Below, in pieces: positions 46,200 through 60,437 of a DNA stretch of 64,000 nucleotides; position 1 is the stretch's first letter; every line of letters begins with the position of its first letter. Origin of the DNA: the human T2T-CHM13v2.0 reference genome, Homo sapiens. The DNA is taken from the NCBI RefSeq assembly GCF_009914755.1, contig NC_060929.1; one strand, 5' to 3'. A program made the translations under genes and the position numbers. The notes under the pieces are model-generated. The model searched no databases. It was not told the DNA's origin and worked only from the letters and a program-made list of their open reading frames with translations.

Positions 46200-47452
46200 G
46201 TATAGTATTATTTTTCTCCTTTTATTAATTTTGTAGTTGCTCCCTCCCCTTTAACTCCTAGTGTAAAATATTGGTCACATCTAGATTTTACTGTAAGAGG
46301 CTTGGTAACAGCTTTTACCTCTGAGGCCCTGCATCTTTCAAATCATCATACATCATTAAGTTGCAGTATACAAGTGATTAATTCTATAGCTTAAAAAAAA
46401 CTAGTATATTTTCTTGCTTATTAACATTCTGATATATTACATAATTAAAAATTCAAAGCTTTGTTTATGGATTTGAGAATCTGTAGCTGCTAGTTTTGAC
46501 ATGTACCATACAACATTTTAGTTTTATAGGAGGTTGGGAAAGAAAGGTAAACTCCTTCCTGATGTAAATGGTTTCCCTGTGTTTTGATATTCTCTACACA
46601 CTTTGTGCACTTTCTGTGGGAGACGCCCTTTTTCTGTGGCTGGCATGCCCCACCCACTACATAGTTTGTGACCTTTGTCACAAAGTTGCTTCGTTAACCT
46701 GAGCCATTACTTTCTGTATGCAGTGAATTGACTGCCAGGTAGCTGCCAGACAAACCTTCCTGATTTACAGCCCCCAATCTCCATTCTCATTGAAGTCTCA
46801 TCCATCAGATTATTTCCAAGGCTGATGCATTTTCCAATGTATGTTTTTAAATTCTTTGATTCAGAAATTAGAAGAACAAATTATCAAAATCAGGCTCTCT
46901 GTACTGATTTCAACCAATAGATTTTTTTCTCCAAATGTTTTTTCTAGATTGCATAGTACCTTATACATATGTATTGAAATACATTGATGTGATTTAGATC
47001 ACCATTCCCTCCCCATCTTCCTCCTGAAATAACACCTCCAAGGTACCCATACTTCATTATTTTGAAGCATTTCATCTCCCATCCCACCCCACCCAATCTG
47101 TTAAGTCCTTGTAATTCTTTTTCCATTACCTGGCCAACCCATTTACAAAGGTCAACTGCTGACTATTGTTCTCACAGACATACCTATTCCTGCATGACCT
47201 TCAACCAGGACCCATCCCTTAATGCCTCCACCATAGAGATAGTGCCCTTAGGATTCAAAGTGTTCTGGGGAAGATTGTATGACTCCACTGACATGCCCAA
47301 CTGCAAAGTCATGCATGTAGCCTGAACTGGACCCCAGTGTTCTCTGTGGTCCAACTCCATTCCCCTTATTGATTTCCCTCCAAGTTCCCACCACCTCTCT
47401 CATCTGTCAGCAGATGATCTCTCCTCTTTATTAAGAAAATTAAGATCATTGA

Positions 47453-47748
47453 AGCTGGCTGCAGTGGCTCACACCTGTAATCCCAGAACTTTGGGAGGCT
47501 GAGGTGGGAGGATCGCTCAAGTCCAGGAATTTGAAACCAACCTATTTGATATAGCAAGACCTCATCTCTACAAAAAATAAACAGAATTAGCCAGGTGTGG
47601 TGGTAGAAGCCTATAGCCCCAGCTACTCTGGAAGCTGAGATGGGAGAGTTGCTTGAGCCTAGGAGAGGTGGAAGCTGCAGTGAGCCGAGATCATGCTACT
47701 ACACTCCAGCCTGAATGACAGAGTGAGATTATCTCAAAAAAAAAAAAA
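47453..47748 (+). mobile_element. AluJ-like within C/T-rich, probably L2-derived sequence (~47000-48380)
   Basis: Alu consensus, TSD atcattga; the L2 call is tentative. Confidence 0.8.
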
Positions 47749-49603
47749 TCATTGAGAATGAGTACCTTCATCTTTCTTTCTGTGTACTTCAATACTTGTC
47801 TTATTTTCTCCTGTCTCAGAGGAGATGTCTCTAGCTCCAGGAGTTCCTGGTAAGAGTTCCTGGTTTGCTGTCTTGGAAAAAAAACTTGCTACTGACTCTG
47901 ATAACCCCAATCAGTGCTACTACTCTGTTCTTTTCACAGCCTAATTTCTTGGTATAAGAAGTCTTTGCAAACCTCTCTTTCCTTGCTTTTGCCCCAACCA
48001 ACAGAAATGGAAAGTTACCCTTCCTCCGTAGTTACCACTGATGACCCAGTTACCAACTCCAAAGGCCCTCGTCCTTCTTCTTTACCTCCTGCTGCTTGTT
48101 ATTCCTCTGTCTGTTCACAGCCCTCAGCTGGGCAATCAAACCCTTCTTTACTTCCCAGTACTCCCTGTGTGTTAGACAAGTTTATGTGTTCCCTTAGGTC
48201 TCTCCACCTTCACAAATTTATTCGTTCTATTTCGTTCACCTAAAATATATGCCTCCTTCATCTGTGCATCTCAAAAATTCCAGCAGTCTTAATTGAAGGT
48301 CTCACTCACATAACTGCATGTTCAAGAAGTCTTTGAAATTATCCAAAACCAAAAGTGATCTTTACATCCTTTGAACATATGAGTGGACTTGGAGGAGTGG
48401 ACCAAGCCTTCCCCGTCACCTCCTCAGTGCTGCCACTATGTGACCACATACCCAGTACCTTCTCTCATTACCTTTTCTCTTCTCTTTTGGAGAACTGTCC
48501 CCAAAACAAATAGAAATTAAAAATCCAAAGATGAAAATAAAAAATGGAAAATAGACTAGTTTTTAAAGAAAAAAGACAAAAAAAAGTGGTCTTGAGCATG
48601 GAAGAAGGGCTTCAATAAGCTTTTACTATGTCTGCAATATTTAATGTAACTATTACCAAGTGAAAAAACATCATATTATAAAATATTTTATACCATACAA
48701 TACGAATGTTGATTTTAAAGTGTGTTTTAAAAAAAAGTACATCAAAATGTCAATGATTATCTTTGGGGGTAAGTTTATGAGTGATTATTAATTTTTTCTG
48801 TATTTTTCCTAGAGCTTTTCCTTATTTTTACATAGTACATAGATTATTTTAGAAGCCAGAAACAATGTTTCAAAGAGAAAAAAGTCTAACTAGGTAAAGG
48901 TACAATTATGACGTCTTACTGGCAATCATTGGTGAGGCTTCCTGGCATAAGTGTACACTGCCTCTCCCAGCCAAGCTTCGCCATCACCTCCTCTGTGCTT
49001 GCCCTTATGTGACCATATACCCAGAACCCTCTATCATTACCTTTTCTCTTCCAGCTGTCAAGGTAGCAGCCAAATTACTGATCCCTGTGGTTCCAAGGAA
49101 CTTGCAAGTGTAATAGAAGCAATTCCTGCATTGTCTTCTCTATACTTCCTCTTATTCTCAGGCTTCACAGTTTGGCAGGCAGCCATACTACTCTTATTTA
49201 GACAAAGGTGCTGGGTTGAACTTAGAGAAAGCATCATCCCAACAACTTGGAGTTAAAACTTGTGATGTTGAAAACAATTTTCAGTGTTACTAAAATTCTG
49301 GATTCAGCAGTGCTGTTATTATTAGATGTCTTATGCCATAAGGCTGGTGTTAATTCCTTCCTTTACACTTTTTCCTTTCCTTTCAAATGCTCTGAGTATC
49401 ATGGCACTTCCTGATCCTCTGCTGTCACAGCAATAATGGACCTGGCTCCAAAAGCCAAGAAGAATCCCTTGGCCCCTCACCCTCACACCCTTTGCAGATA
49501 CTAAAAGATGATTTTTAAACAAACATTTTGTTCCCTCCTACAATATACTATTTGGGGTTTTTTGTTGGTGGCGGCGGGGGATGTTCTTCAAAAAAAAACC
49601 CAC

Positions 49604-49827
49604 AAATATTTGCTCTAAAATAACACTTGCCTTACAAAATACAGGTACCCAGTTATTAAAAATTAATGCTTTGGGACAACAATCCTAGTCTCCAAAAAAC
49701 TTAGATCATTATTATAGCTATGTGTGATGAAGAGAAAAAGAAATTCTTTTGTTGTCCCAAAGCATTAATTTTTGGTAACTGGGTACTTGTATTTTCTAAT
49801 GTGAGTGTTACTTTAGAGCGAACATTT
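49604..49827. repeat. Inverted repeat, 79-bp arms (49604-49682 and 49749-49827), 66-bp spacer
   Basis: Manual reverse-complement alignment, 69/79 identical. Confidence 0.9.
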
Positions 49828-49871
49828 ATTTTAAAAAGAAAAGAGGAAGAAGAACTCCCCCCACAAAAACA

Positions 49872-50360
49872 ATGTATACCACGGAATACAGTGCAGCCAA
49901 GAAAAAGAACAAGATCTGAACCCAGAAGGCAGACGTTGCAGTGAGCCAAGATTGCACCATTGCACTCCAGCCTGGGCAACAAGAGTGAAACTCATCTCAA
50001 AAAAAAAATAAAAAGAACAAGATCATGTCCTTTGTAGGGACATGGATGGAGCTGGAGGCCATTACCTTTAGCAAACTAACACAGGAATCAAAAACCAAAT
50101 ACCACATGTTCTCACTTAAAAGTGGGAGCTAAATGATGCGAACACATGGACACGTAGAGGAGAGCAGCACACACTGGGGCCTTTTGGAGAAGGTGAAAGA
50201 TGGGAGGAAGGAGAGGATCAGGAAAAGTAACTAATCGGTACTAGCTTTAATACCTGGATAATGAAATAATCTGTATGGCAAACCCATGTGACACAAGTTT
50301 ACCTATGTAACAAACCTGTACTCGTACCCCGAACGTAAAAGTTAAAAAAAAAAAAAAGAA
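49872..50360 (+). mobile_element. L1PA/PB 3' end containing a 5'-truncated Alu (49917-~50009)
   Basis: catggatggagctggaggccatt...acctatgtaacaaacctg; Alu TSD aaaaagaacaagatc at 49902-49916 and 50010-50024. Confidence 0.9.
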
Positions 50361-53139
50361 ACAGAAAAATACTTCTTCAGACCAGTACACCATACATTAC
50401 TTATTTTGTGCCACAACCACAGAGTGTTATTAGCCAACACTGAGAAAGATGGCATTATCTTGAGTTGTTCCAAACTCGGTGCATTTGCTTTAGTTTCACA
50501 TGTCAGTGAGTGGTGGCTTCAGATACATAGACAGGATAAAAATATGAATTTTTATGATATAAAGGAATACTTCATTTGATCTGAAGTCATGGGAAGCAGA
50601 CAAATCAAAATATATCCTGCAGACTTTGTTGTCTCACCCTCCCTAATGTGTGTGTGGGTCATTTTGAGAAGGTAGCGGGATGGCCCTTCAAAGCGTCAGT
50701 GCCTTCTAGTGTTAGTCCCCAGGCACTAGAGAGGCTGGGAGCTAAGAAACCACATGTTGTTGATGTTATTGGTTATGCAATAGAGAAGACTGTGTCCAGG
50801 CCTTCCTTCTCTCTGTAACCTCCTGCCATCCTACAAACCCCAGGGTCTGCTCTGGGGACCATTTCAGATCTTGGCAAGCAGAACTATAGAAAGTAGCAGT
50901 AGAATATTTTAGGGTATAGTTTTCATTCTGTTTTGAGGGCCTCTATCAAAGTATAATAACTGACTGCTTACCTATAATAGCCTAAAACTTTGCTACCTCT
51001 GGTTTTATCTGTAGTTTTTTAAATATTGTTCTTCATAGTAAATAGACATCACATCGTAACTGTTTAATTACTTTGTTATATATTACCTAAAGTACTTTTT
51101 TCTCAGTGAACATGAAGTTGTCTCATTGTCAGACATACTTTTCACTTTTCTAACTGTTCTGCTAAATAATTATGGAATGGAACTGCTTGGGATTAATGCT
51201 TTTCCAGGAAGCTCTCAAAGGTCTTTAAGGTCACCAAATGTGAATTCAGAATCCAGCAGCTAATCATAGGTTGAAATAATGGGGGCATTTTAACCAAGGC
51301 CATTTCTTTTTATAAGGCAACTTCATTGTGGGAAAATTTTCTAAGAGGTAATAGACATTGTGAATTCAAAGGCAATTATATTGTTAAGCTACTATTATCT
51401 TCCTCCTCTTTTGCATTTGAAGAAATTGCTAAGCTTTGTTTCTTCCATCAGAGGAGAAGAAATATGAACAAGTATCACTTCTGAAAGAAATACTGAGAAA
51501 TTCAAGAGAGTTAAGTGTAACTATATTTCAGTCTGTAATGCCATAAGGAAGGAGCTACATCTTACATAAAATAATAGCCACAAAAACATGAAGAGTCTTG
51601 GTTAAACATGACAAAGAATCACTTGATAGAGAATCTATAATATAAAGCTAAGGATCCCAGTGCTTGAAACAGAATCTTAGGCCCAATTCTTCCTGTAATG
51701 TGTTGCTAAAAGAGAATATGAAATTTCCTCTCCAGAAGGTTTTTACAAATGGCTTTAATTCTCTTCTCTGTCTCAGCTCTCCTGATGTACCACCCAACAG
51801 CTGATTTTTCTTATAACTGAACCTTTTCTAGTAGCCTCAGGTTTCGCCTGACTTGAGGGACAAAGGAAGGAATTCGAATTGATTTCCAACCTACTTCTTG
51901 AATATTTACAAGGCCAGGCCTTCTAAATCTTGAATCCCAACCAGCTGGAAGCAGTTCATCTTCCTTTGGGCTCTTACAGCCCTTCTTTGTTTGCTCTTAG
52001 TACCCCAATAATCTGCCTGGTTAGTTGTCTATTTCTTTATCTTCCCTGATAGATCATAAGACTCGTGTAAAAGGAACTATTTTATTCAGCGTTGGGTTCC
52101 CTTCTCTGCTTCACAACTATTTAATTTAATTAATGTTTTACATATTTGTGCCTCTTTGGACCTGACGGTTTTCTCCATCCGCTTCCACTTCTCTACCCCC
52201 CCATACATACTCCTACCCAGTGTGTTTTTTCCTTTGGATCTCCTCCCTCCCCAGAAATAAAGGTTTACCCTTCTATCCTCACAAATCAGTAAGGTTTCCA
52301 GAAGACCTCTTCTAATCAGGCAACAATTCCTACTACTATTCTTGTCTCCATCTCTCAGTCAGCACCAGTTTTTTTCTCTCCCTCCTTTGTTGTTGTCAAA
52401 GCAATTCTATTTTTAATTTTTGTCCATTCAAGATCTCCCCACCCTCACAGAAAACAAAGGGTGTGCTCTTGGGAGGGAGTTATGGACTATGGAAGGAGAG
52501 GTTTCAAAGTCCAGCTTTAGAGCAGGCTGGTGAGCTTGTCAGGTGCCTGATCGTCATCCCCCGTCCTTGGCTGGTCGCTCTCTGCCCTGATGACTGCCGC
52601 TCAGTGTAGGAAGGAGACAGCTCTGGCTGCCCTCCCCAGAGTCATCCATGCTGGGAAGGATGGAGGAGGGGTGGAAAGTTAGTGAGAGCCTGCATGTGCT
52701 GCTGCAGAGATGCCCAAGATAGCAGGAGACCCAATCTGTTTCCCATTTATATATTCTCATTGCTGATAGATGATGGACATCCTTCATTTAGGTAATTATT
52801 ATTGCTATTAAAATATTACCTGAAAGGGTGCATATTATTGAGCAAAATGAGTGCCTAAGTGCCTTATCTCTCCCACTTAATATTTCTACTGAATTATGTA
52901 TTCTATTTCTTACTAATAGAGAAAATGAAGTTCCTTATGCCTTTCTTTAGCTTTATTAGGAGATAGAACTAATTTTGAGGAAATGCTACACCAGGAATGC
53001 ATTTGTTTCCCTGAACTGTATATAAGTAACTGAGCTGGGGCAGTGTGAAAGGAAAGAGAGGAGAGGGGAGGAGGAAAGGAGATGGGAGGAGGAGAGGTTT
53101 GTTGATTACCACTCTATGCCAGATATTATGCTAGAGAGC

Positions 53140-53290
53140 AAACAGAATACTGAAATCACCTCCTCCAACTGCCCAGAAACTGAGTGAGGTAGGCATATTC
53201 CCATTTGACAGATGAGGAAATCAAGGCCCCAGGTCACATAGCTAAGGATTGAGCCAAGATTCAAACCTGGGCCTGAGTCTAGAGTTCCTG
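53140..53290 (+). mobile_element. MIR fragment
   Basis: cccatttgacagatgaggaaatcaaggccc...ccaagattcaaacctgg. Confidence 0.7.
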
Positions 53291-54571
53291 ATCTTGCTTC
53301 AGAAATTGTCACTGTTAGAGAAGACTTGCATAGCTGCCAAAAGATACATGCTAATCTTCTAGGATTAAAAAAGCCACAGAGGTGGATGACACTGGTTTTC
53401 CTCCATAGGAAAGCTCTAGTTTTTACTGTATGCAGATCTTCCTGAAGGATGTTTCTAATATGAAAAATTTTAGCAGTTGTCTTAGAGCTTCTTTTCTTGA
53501 TTTCCTCACAGTTAGTTTCTTTATAAACGAAGTATTAATAGAACAACTTAGGGCAAAGACTCCCTCCACCTGTGGCATATGTCTCCCAGACCACGTTCTC
53601 TCACACAAAAGAGCCTGGTACCCCCCGAAACACAAAAATTCACTTAACTATTTTTTTTTCCCTAAGAAAAGCAAGATCCTGTTACCAAAATGACTCTTAA
53701 ACTCTTCTCAAAACTTCATTGCAAAGGAAATGAAACTATTAAAAGACCATTGCTCTGTAATTCAGGAAATTGAATCAACTTGTTTGGAGCCATAGGCAGA
53801 GGAAGATTTGAGCTGTACTGAGCCACATATTGTGAGACTAAACAGTGCCCTGCTCTGAAATGATTTTACCATTCATGAGCTGTCTCTTTATAACACCATG
53901 GAGCTCCTCAAATGCTTCCTTTTCTTTACTACCTAAAATTACAGTTCTCTGCACAAAATGAAAATACTTTTATCAGATGTTCACATTTGGAGTGATTTTT
54001 TAAAACTTTCATTTCAATTTTCCTTAATGTTTCTATACTTGTCAAATGCGTATGTCTTTTTAATAAATGAAAGATACATGATACATACATCTTGAGGTTG
54101 AAGAATTTCTGCAGACGAAATATTGATGATTGAGACTGGATGATAGGTTTGTGAGAGCTCATTATACTGTTGTCTCTACTATTAGTATGTATTTTAAGTT
54201 TTTCATAATAAAATGTTTAAAATATTTTTGTAATTCTGCAGAAAAATTTAACTCACATTGTCTGCGTTCTTCCTGTACTGCTCTACCCAGAGAGCACAGT
54301 CTTTCCATGCTCCTCCCACTAATTTAACACTAGTCAAATTTTGGCATTTTGACCAAAGAAAGGAAGGGAAGGGAGGTAAATTGTGGTTGGGCTCAAGAGC
54401 CATGATATGCTCCTTCTTAGCTTAATTAAAATCCATGACAAGCACAGCCATCACTCACATTTTAGATTCTAGATTGCTGCTGTAGTAGTCATGAATTGCT
54501 GCAGAACAGGCAAGAAATGACATGTTTTTTTTTGTTTGTTTGTTTGTTTGTTTTCCCGAAAGCTAATTGAA

Positions 54572-54939
54572 GGCTGGGCACAGTAGCTCACACCTGTAAT
54601 CCCAGCACTTTGGGAGGCCGAGGCAGGCAGATCACTTGAGGCCAAGAGTTAGAGACCAGCCTGGCCAACATCGCAAAACCCCATCTTTACTAAAAACACA
54701 AAAAATGAGCCGGGTGTGGTGGTGTGCTCCTGTAATCTCACTTACTTGGAGGCTGAGGCATAAGAATCACTTGACCCTGGGAGGCAGAGGTTGCAGTAAG
54801 CCTAAACTGTGCCACTGCACTCCACCCTGGGCGACAGAATGAGACTCTGTCTCAAAAAAAAAAAAAAAAGAAAAGAGAGAAAGAAAAGGAAAGGCAGAGG
54901 CAGCGGCAGGGGCAGGAATGGGGGGCGGAAAGGGAAGGG
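54572..54939 (+). mobile_element. Alu with an extended purine/G-rich tail
   Basis: TSD agctaattgaa on both sides. Confidence 0.88.
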
Positions 54940-55136
54940 AGCTAATTGAATCTAGCTTCAAGCCCTCGTCGTCAGGTTTGGGAAGTTCGGTATCAGTGAC
55001 TGAGTGCCTTCTCTTAAGAAAATTGATTGAAAACTTGTAAATAAGGCAACAAGACTGCTGTGTACCTTTTTAATATCATACTAGAACACTGTGTAGCAAA
55101 CCTTCCTAAAGACTATTTTATGCTCTGGGCCCTAGA

Positions 55137-55446
55137 CCTGTCCAGTATGGTAGCCACGTGTAGCTGTTGAGCGCTTGAAATGAGGCTAAGTACAACTGAA
55201 GAACTGAATTGAGATGTACCATAAGTATAAAAAACACGTTGGATTTTGAGCACTTAGAACAACAGCAACAAAAGTCTCCATAATGTGTATATTGACACGT
55301 GTTGAAATGATACTATTGTAGATATAGTGGTTTAAAATAGTAAAATTAATTTTACCTATTTGTTTCTTTAACTTTAAAAAAATGTGGTTAGTAGAAAGTT
55401 TAAAGTTACATATGTGCTTCATATTATGTTTCTGTTGGACAGTGCA
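55137..55446. mobile_element. MER33/MER3-type hAT-Charlie MITE
   Basis: ctgtccagtatggtagccac...tttctgttggacagtgca; 8-bp TSD gccctaga at 55129-55136 and 55447-55454. Confidence 0.85.
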
Positions 55447-56591
55447 GCCCTAGAGTTTCTGAGAAGGTAACTTTGACTAGTTATTTACTCCTGATTAGAG
55501 TCCAGACTGTGAAGTTACATGTTGGCCTATAGATGATTAATAAGCTGCAAATGATTTCTATTTATAGCCAAAAGGTAACCCCAAAAGTTTGTGTTCTTAT
55601 GGCCCTAGGACATAAATCATTTTGTGTCTGACTTGGTAGATTTCATCCATGTTTTATTTTCCTTAAAAGTTTGACTAAATTTACCTCTGATGGTTGTACC
55701 AATCAAAATGTTGTTATACGACAGAGCTGGAAATTCTCTAGCTCTTCTTGTACTAAGTCCTTTTGATCAAGTGATATAATGGATATAAATTTAAGTGTTA
55801 CTCTGTGAATTGTTTATTATCTGTATATTTGGAATTATGCTTCTGAATTGTCTTGCCTTGTTTCCTTAAAAGGACAGTGAAAGGGAAGTGAAAATATTGA
55901 ACAATGCTGATACTGAATAACAACTATTTTCTTTCACTCTATCTGCACCTGTGTTTGTGTAAATAAAAGTAGAGGAACTGTGACGTTTTAAAATTCCAGA
56001 CCTCCATCCCCAAAGAAAACTTTCCAAAGGTCCTCATTCCCAGCATCGGACCCACAAAAATGTCTTGCCCTCCCCTGCGGGGCACGTACAGCCCTTCTTC
56101 TCTCATCCATAAGGAAGAGGGTTCTGTTGTTGTTGTTTTGAATGAGCCCATCATAAAAGCAGCAGAAACCATTTGACAGTAGCCATGCTACTGTTTCTGA
56201 GTACCCAGAAGGCTATTTGTAGCCTTCGTGAACACTTGCTTTCTAAGCCTTTTGAAATCACGAGAGATAGCATAGCAAATAGGAACCTGTTGTATATTCC
56301 ATTTGGCTATATTTTGTTTGTTTGTTCATGTTGTCAGCTCACTGCTTAGAATCTAAGGAGACAAGACCATAATAAAGGACAGTGTAGAAGACCTGAAGTT
56401 TTAAGCTCCAAATCTCTTAGCTACCAAAATAAATAAATACTACAGAGCTGTTTGTGAGCAAGAGAAAACATCTAGACAGAGTAAGGCTAAAGTCCTTTTT
56501 CCTTCACCCCTACCCTCTCCTCTTTTGCATCTAGAGATTTGGAAAATTGCTAGAACCATGAATTATTAGGTATGATGTTTTATTTTATTAG

Positions 56592-56726
56592 GTTGGAATG
56601 AAATACAGAAACCTAATCCTGAAACCTGGGGGATCTCTGGACGGCATGGACATGCTCCACAATTTCTTGAAACGTGAGCCAAACCAAAAAGCGTTCCTAA
56701 TGAGTAGAGGCCTGCATGCTCCGTGA
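56592..56726 (+). CDS. NLN: Neurolysin terminal exon 13, coding part, to TGA
   Basis: ttattag|GTTGGA...GCTCCGTGA; [44 protein letters not shown]. Confidence 0.97.
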   Translation, partial: VGMKYRNLILKPGGSLDGMDMLHNFLKREPNQKAFLMSRGLHAP

Positions 56727-58579
56727 ACTGGGGATCTTTGGTAGCCGTCCATGTCTGGAGGACAAGTCGACATCACCATGTGTTACTGGCCTGGAAACTG
56801 AAGGGAGTTTTGCAAGTGAAAATTTAGATTTCTATTGACATCCTTTTGTTTTCTAATTTTAAAAATTATAAAGATGTAAATGGAATTATAAATACTGTGA
56901 CCTAAGAAAAGACCCACTAGAAAGTAATTGTACTATAAAATTTCATAAAACTGGATTTGATTTCTTTTTATGAAAGTTTCATATGAATGTAACTTGATTT
57001 TTTACTATTATAATCTAGATAATATGATATAAGAGGGCTAAGAATTTTTAAATTGAATCATATATATGATATAATTTGATCCTTCTTGTATCTTGAAGTT
57101 TTGTACTTGGGATTTCTGGACTGATAAATGAATCATCACATTCTTCTGGTAAATATTTTCTTGGAGCTCTGTGTCAACTTTGATCCTTTGTCTCCCAGGA
57201 AGGTGTGACCTCTCCTTTGCCTGCATACCTCAAGGCCAGGGGAATATGCCTCAGTGATGCATTTATCTTTGTATATCAGGCCGCATGATTCCCAACTTTC
57301 TGCCACACTTAAATTACGTTCCTCCATTTCAGTTTTGTCTTTTCTGTCTAAAGTTCAGTCAAAGAGTATCAAAAAATTATGTTTCAGCTAGACTGGTGTA
57401 ATGTATAAGTTTTTGTATCTTGTATTAGAGGATTTCGTAGCTTTTATTAGAGGCTCATTTCCACCTCAGCATACAAGATCGTTAGTCTTTTGGCATGTGT
57501 GCCAATTAGAATACTAAAGCAAGTCCAAGCACATTTTTCTCTTCTCACGTTTCTAATAAGTGTTAGGGACTTTGCCTCTTTTACTTACCACGTCCCCAAA
57601 AGTGTCAGGTAGACATGTCACAAATGGCTCTGTAGAGAGCCATGGGAAGAGAGAGGAGGTGGATGTGGAACATAAAGGGTTCAGAAACTCCAGAAGAGGA
57701 GTGGGTTTTGGATAGAAGCATTTGAGGACAGCTGCTCCAAAGCCTTATGTGTATGATGAAACTTAACCACGGGGAAGAGACTCTTCAGTAGCCTGTTCTG
57801 TCTGGTGATTTTTATTTTAAGTGAACCTTTGGATCTATCTTTAACTCTCTTTATTGTGAGTCTAAATTCCAATTCTGCAGCAGATCAGTAAACTCACAGT
57901 ATTTTTCCTGTGGAAATCTATTCAATAAGGAAACCAAGACAGGATAATAAAATTTAAAAAAAAAACAACTTTGAATTCCCCTGCCTAGGTCTTCCAGTTG
58001 TTTTCCAGCGCATACCTCAGGTATGACTTTGCTAGCCGGGGACAAAATTAGCACCTTCCGATTCTCTAGTCCAAATGAACTTTGTGCTAAATAAAAAATT
58101 ATTATACTACATAATAAAGTTACAGATAGCAGGAAATGCAAGAGCTAGGAGATTCCTAGATTATATCTGCCAAGCAAATACCTTAAACATCCACCTGAAA
58201 TCCTACTACCCCCTCTTCTGAGATAATTTGCCCAGCCCTTCTCTTCCCACACACTCACTCAATGTCACCCCCTTCTAATCCCCAAAACTGTTTTTGTGGT
58301 CTTTGTAGCCTATAGTAGTTTTCTCACATCTTTCCCCCTAGACTTTTCTGTTTTTCAGTTTCAGACAAAAAAACTCTTCAGCTTTTTCCAGTGTGTCTCC
58401 TTAACAGTAACTTTACCACTTGAAATCTTATTTCATAGAAAAACTAAATTGGTGTGGAAAGGCTGCACACAATAAAGTTATATTATTATCCATGAAAATG
58501 AACTCATATTTCTTTCATACTTTAACGTTAAAACCGAAATGCATGAGAGCAAAAGCACCATGGTGTTCTTTCTATTTAG

Positions 58580-58935
<356 letters not shown>

Positions 58936-59769
58936 CTAGCATAATTTAAAAGAAAGGACTTTTTAAAAATTCTCTAGCATAATTCAAAAGAAAGGACTTA
59001 ACTTTTTTTTTTTTAGTGTGGTCATCCGTCTAGTTGTTCTTTTTTTCCAGATCAGAGCAGAGAATATCACTGACATGCTTGAAATGGTGGATAACTATGT
59101 AAATTGTAATTGGACAAATGTACACTTTAGATTTATGGACTGAGCCACATATAATAAGGTCTCTCCTGGTAATTGATCCAGGGGATTTAGGCCTCTTTCG
59201 GGTTTTTTGTTTTTTTTTTAGGCATTGTTATGTTGTGAAGGATAAAATCTTCAACATCTTATGCAAATGGATAGTAGGCATGATCCTAAAGGTTTAGTTT
59301 TACGATGCTGCAGAGAAGAGAAATGTCTTGACGTTTTGCCACCTGATGTAGACTTTGTCCCCCTCTAGTATAAATGTTGCATGTTACCTAGATAAACAAC
59401 TAAAAATTGCCTTGAGTTATCACCTGAGCTACTTATGCCAAGGTCTTGCCTTTCTAAAGCTAATAAGGTGAGAGGTGGATATCTGTAGCTCTTCGGATGA
59501 AAAATTGCATTGTGGGAGATACCAAAATTGAGGAAATAGCTCTTCAAAGAAAAATTACTGATATGATCATTGTACTTGTAAATGCCTTAAGTAGCAGGCA
59601 GTGACTCAATTTTCTACTTTACCATTTTACCTTTAGCTTTTATGTATGAATTATAGGTCTGTGGAGATTCTGCCTCCCCACTAGGCCAGTGTGTGTTTAC
59701 CATTTATTCATTTTCTATCATACACAGGTGGATTAAAATTTACATTAAAATTTACATTAAAATACCATC

Positions 59770-60212
59770 ATACTTCAGGCTTCTATAACAAAATATCAGA
59801 CTGGGTGGCTTCAAAAGCAGACATTTCTTACAGTTCTGGAAGCTGGGAAGTCCCACAATCCACATGCTGGTAAATTTGGTTCGTGGTGAGGCCCCTCTTC
59901 CTCTTTTACTGACCACATCCCCAAAAGTGTCAGGTAGACATGTTACAAATAGCTCTGTAGAGAGCCATGGGAAGAGACAGGAGGCAGATGTGGAACATAA
60001 AGGGTTTAGAAACTTCTGCAGGCAGCAGTGGCAGGGAGCAAGCCCTAGAGTGTCTCTTTTTACGAGAGCAGGAATCCCATCATGAGAGTTCCTTCCTCAT
60101 GACTTTATCTAAACCCAGTCACCCCCAACAAAGGCCCCACCCCCTAACCCCATCACATTGGCTGTTACGGCTTCAATGTAGGGGATGGGGCACAAACATT
60201 CAGTCCATAACG
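59770..60212 (-). mobile_element. MLT1A-type LTR carrying a 115-bp non-LTR insert
   Basis: gcttctataacaaaatatcagactgggtggctt...caaacattcagtccataac. Confidence 0.8.
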
Positions 60213-60437
60213 AATACTGATTCCTCAAATAGGGTTTAAACATAGTTAACTGAGCCCCCAAAGAATGTTAAAAGAGAAAATCCATTTTATTTGAATAGAT
60301 GCAGTGACCACAGCTTCTTCCCTCAAATCAACACATTACAGTTAGATGTCTCCCATCTGAAATTGGATAGCCCACTGAAATTGAACATGCCTTCTCTTAT
60401 AAATGTGTGGTGAGAATAAAAGCAACAAAGAAATGAA

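Noticed and set aside
53047-53098. Polypurine GA tract (possible H-DNA)
   Set aside because: Short, with no clear mirror symmetry; common low-complexity sequence
56588-56779. Minus-strand ORF over exon 13 (also 19533-19793, 26243-26616, 43439-43878)
   Set aside because: Antisense shadows of real NLN exons with no independent support
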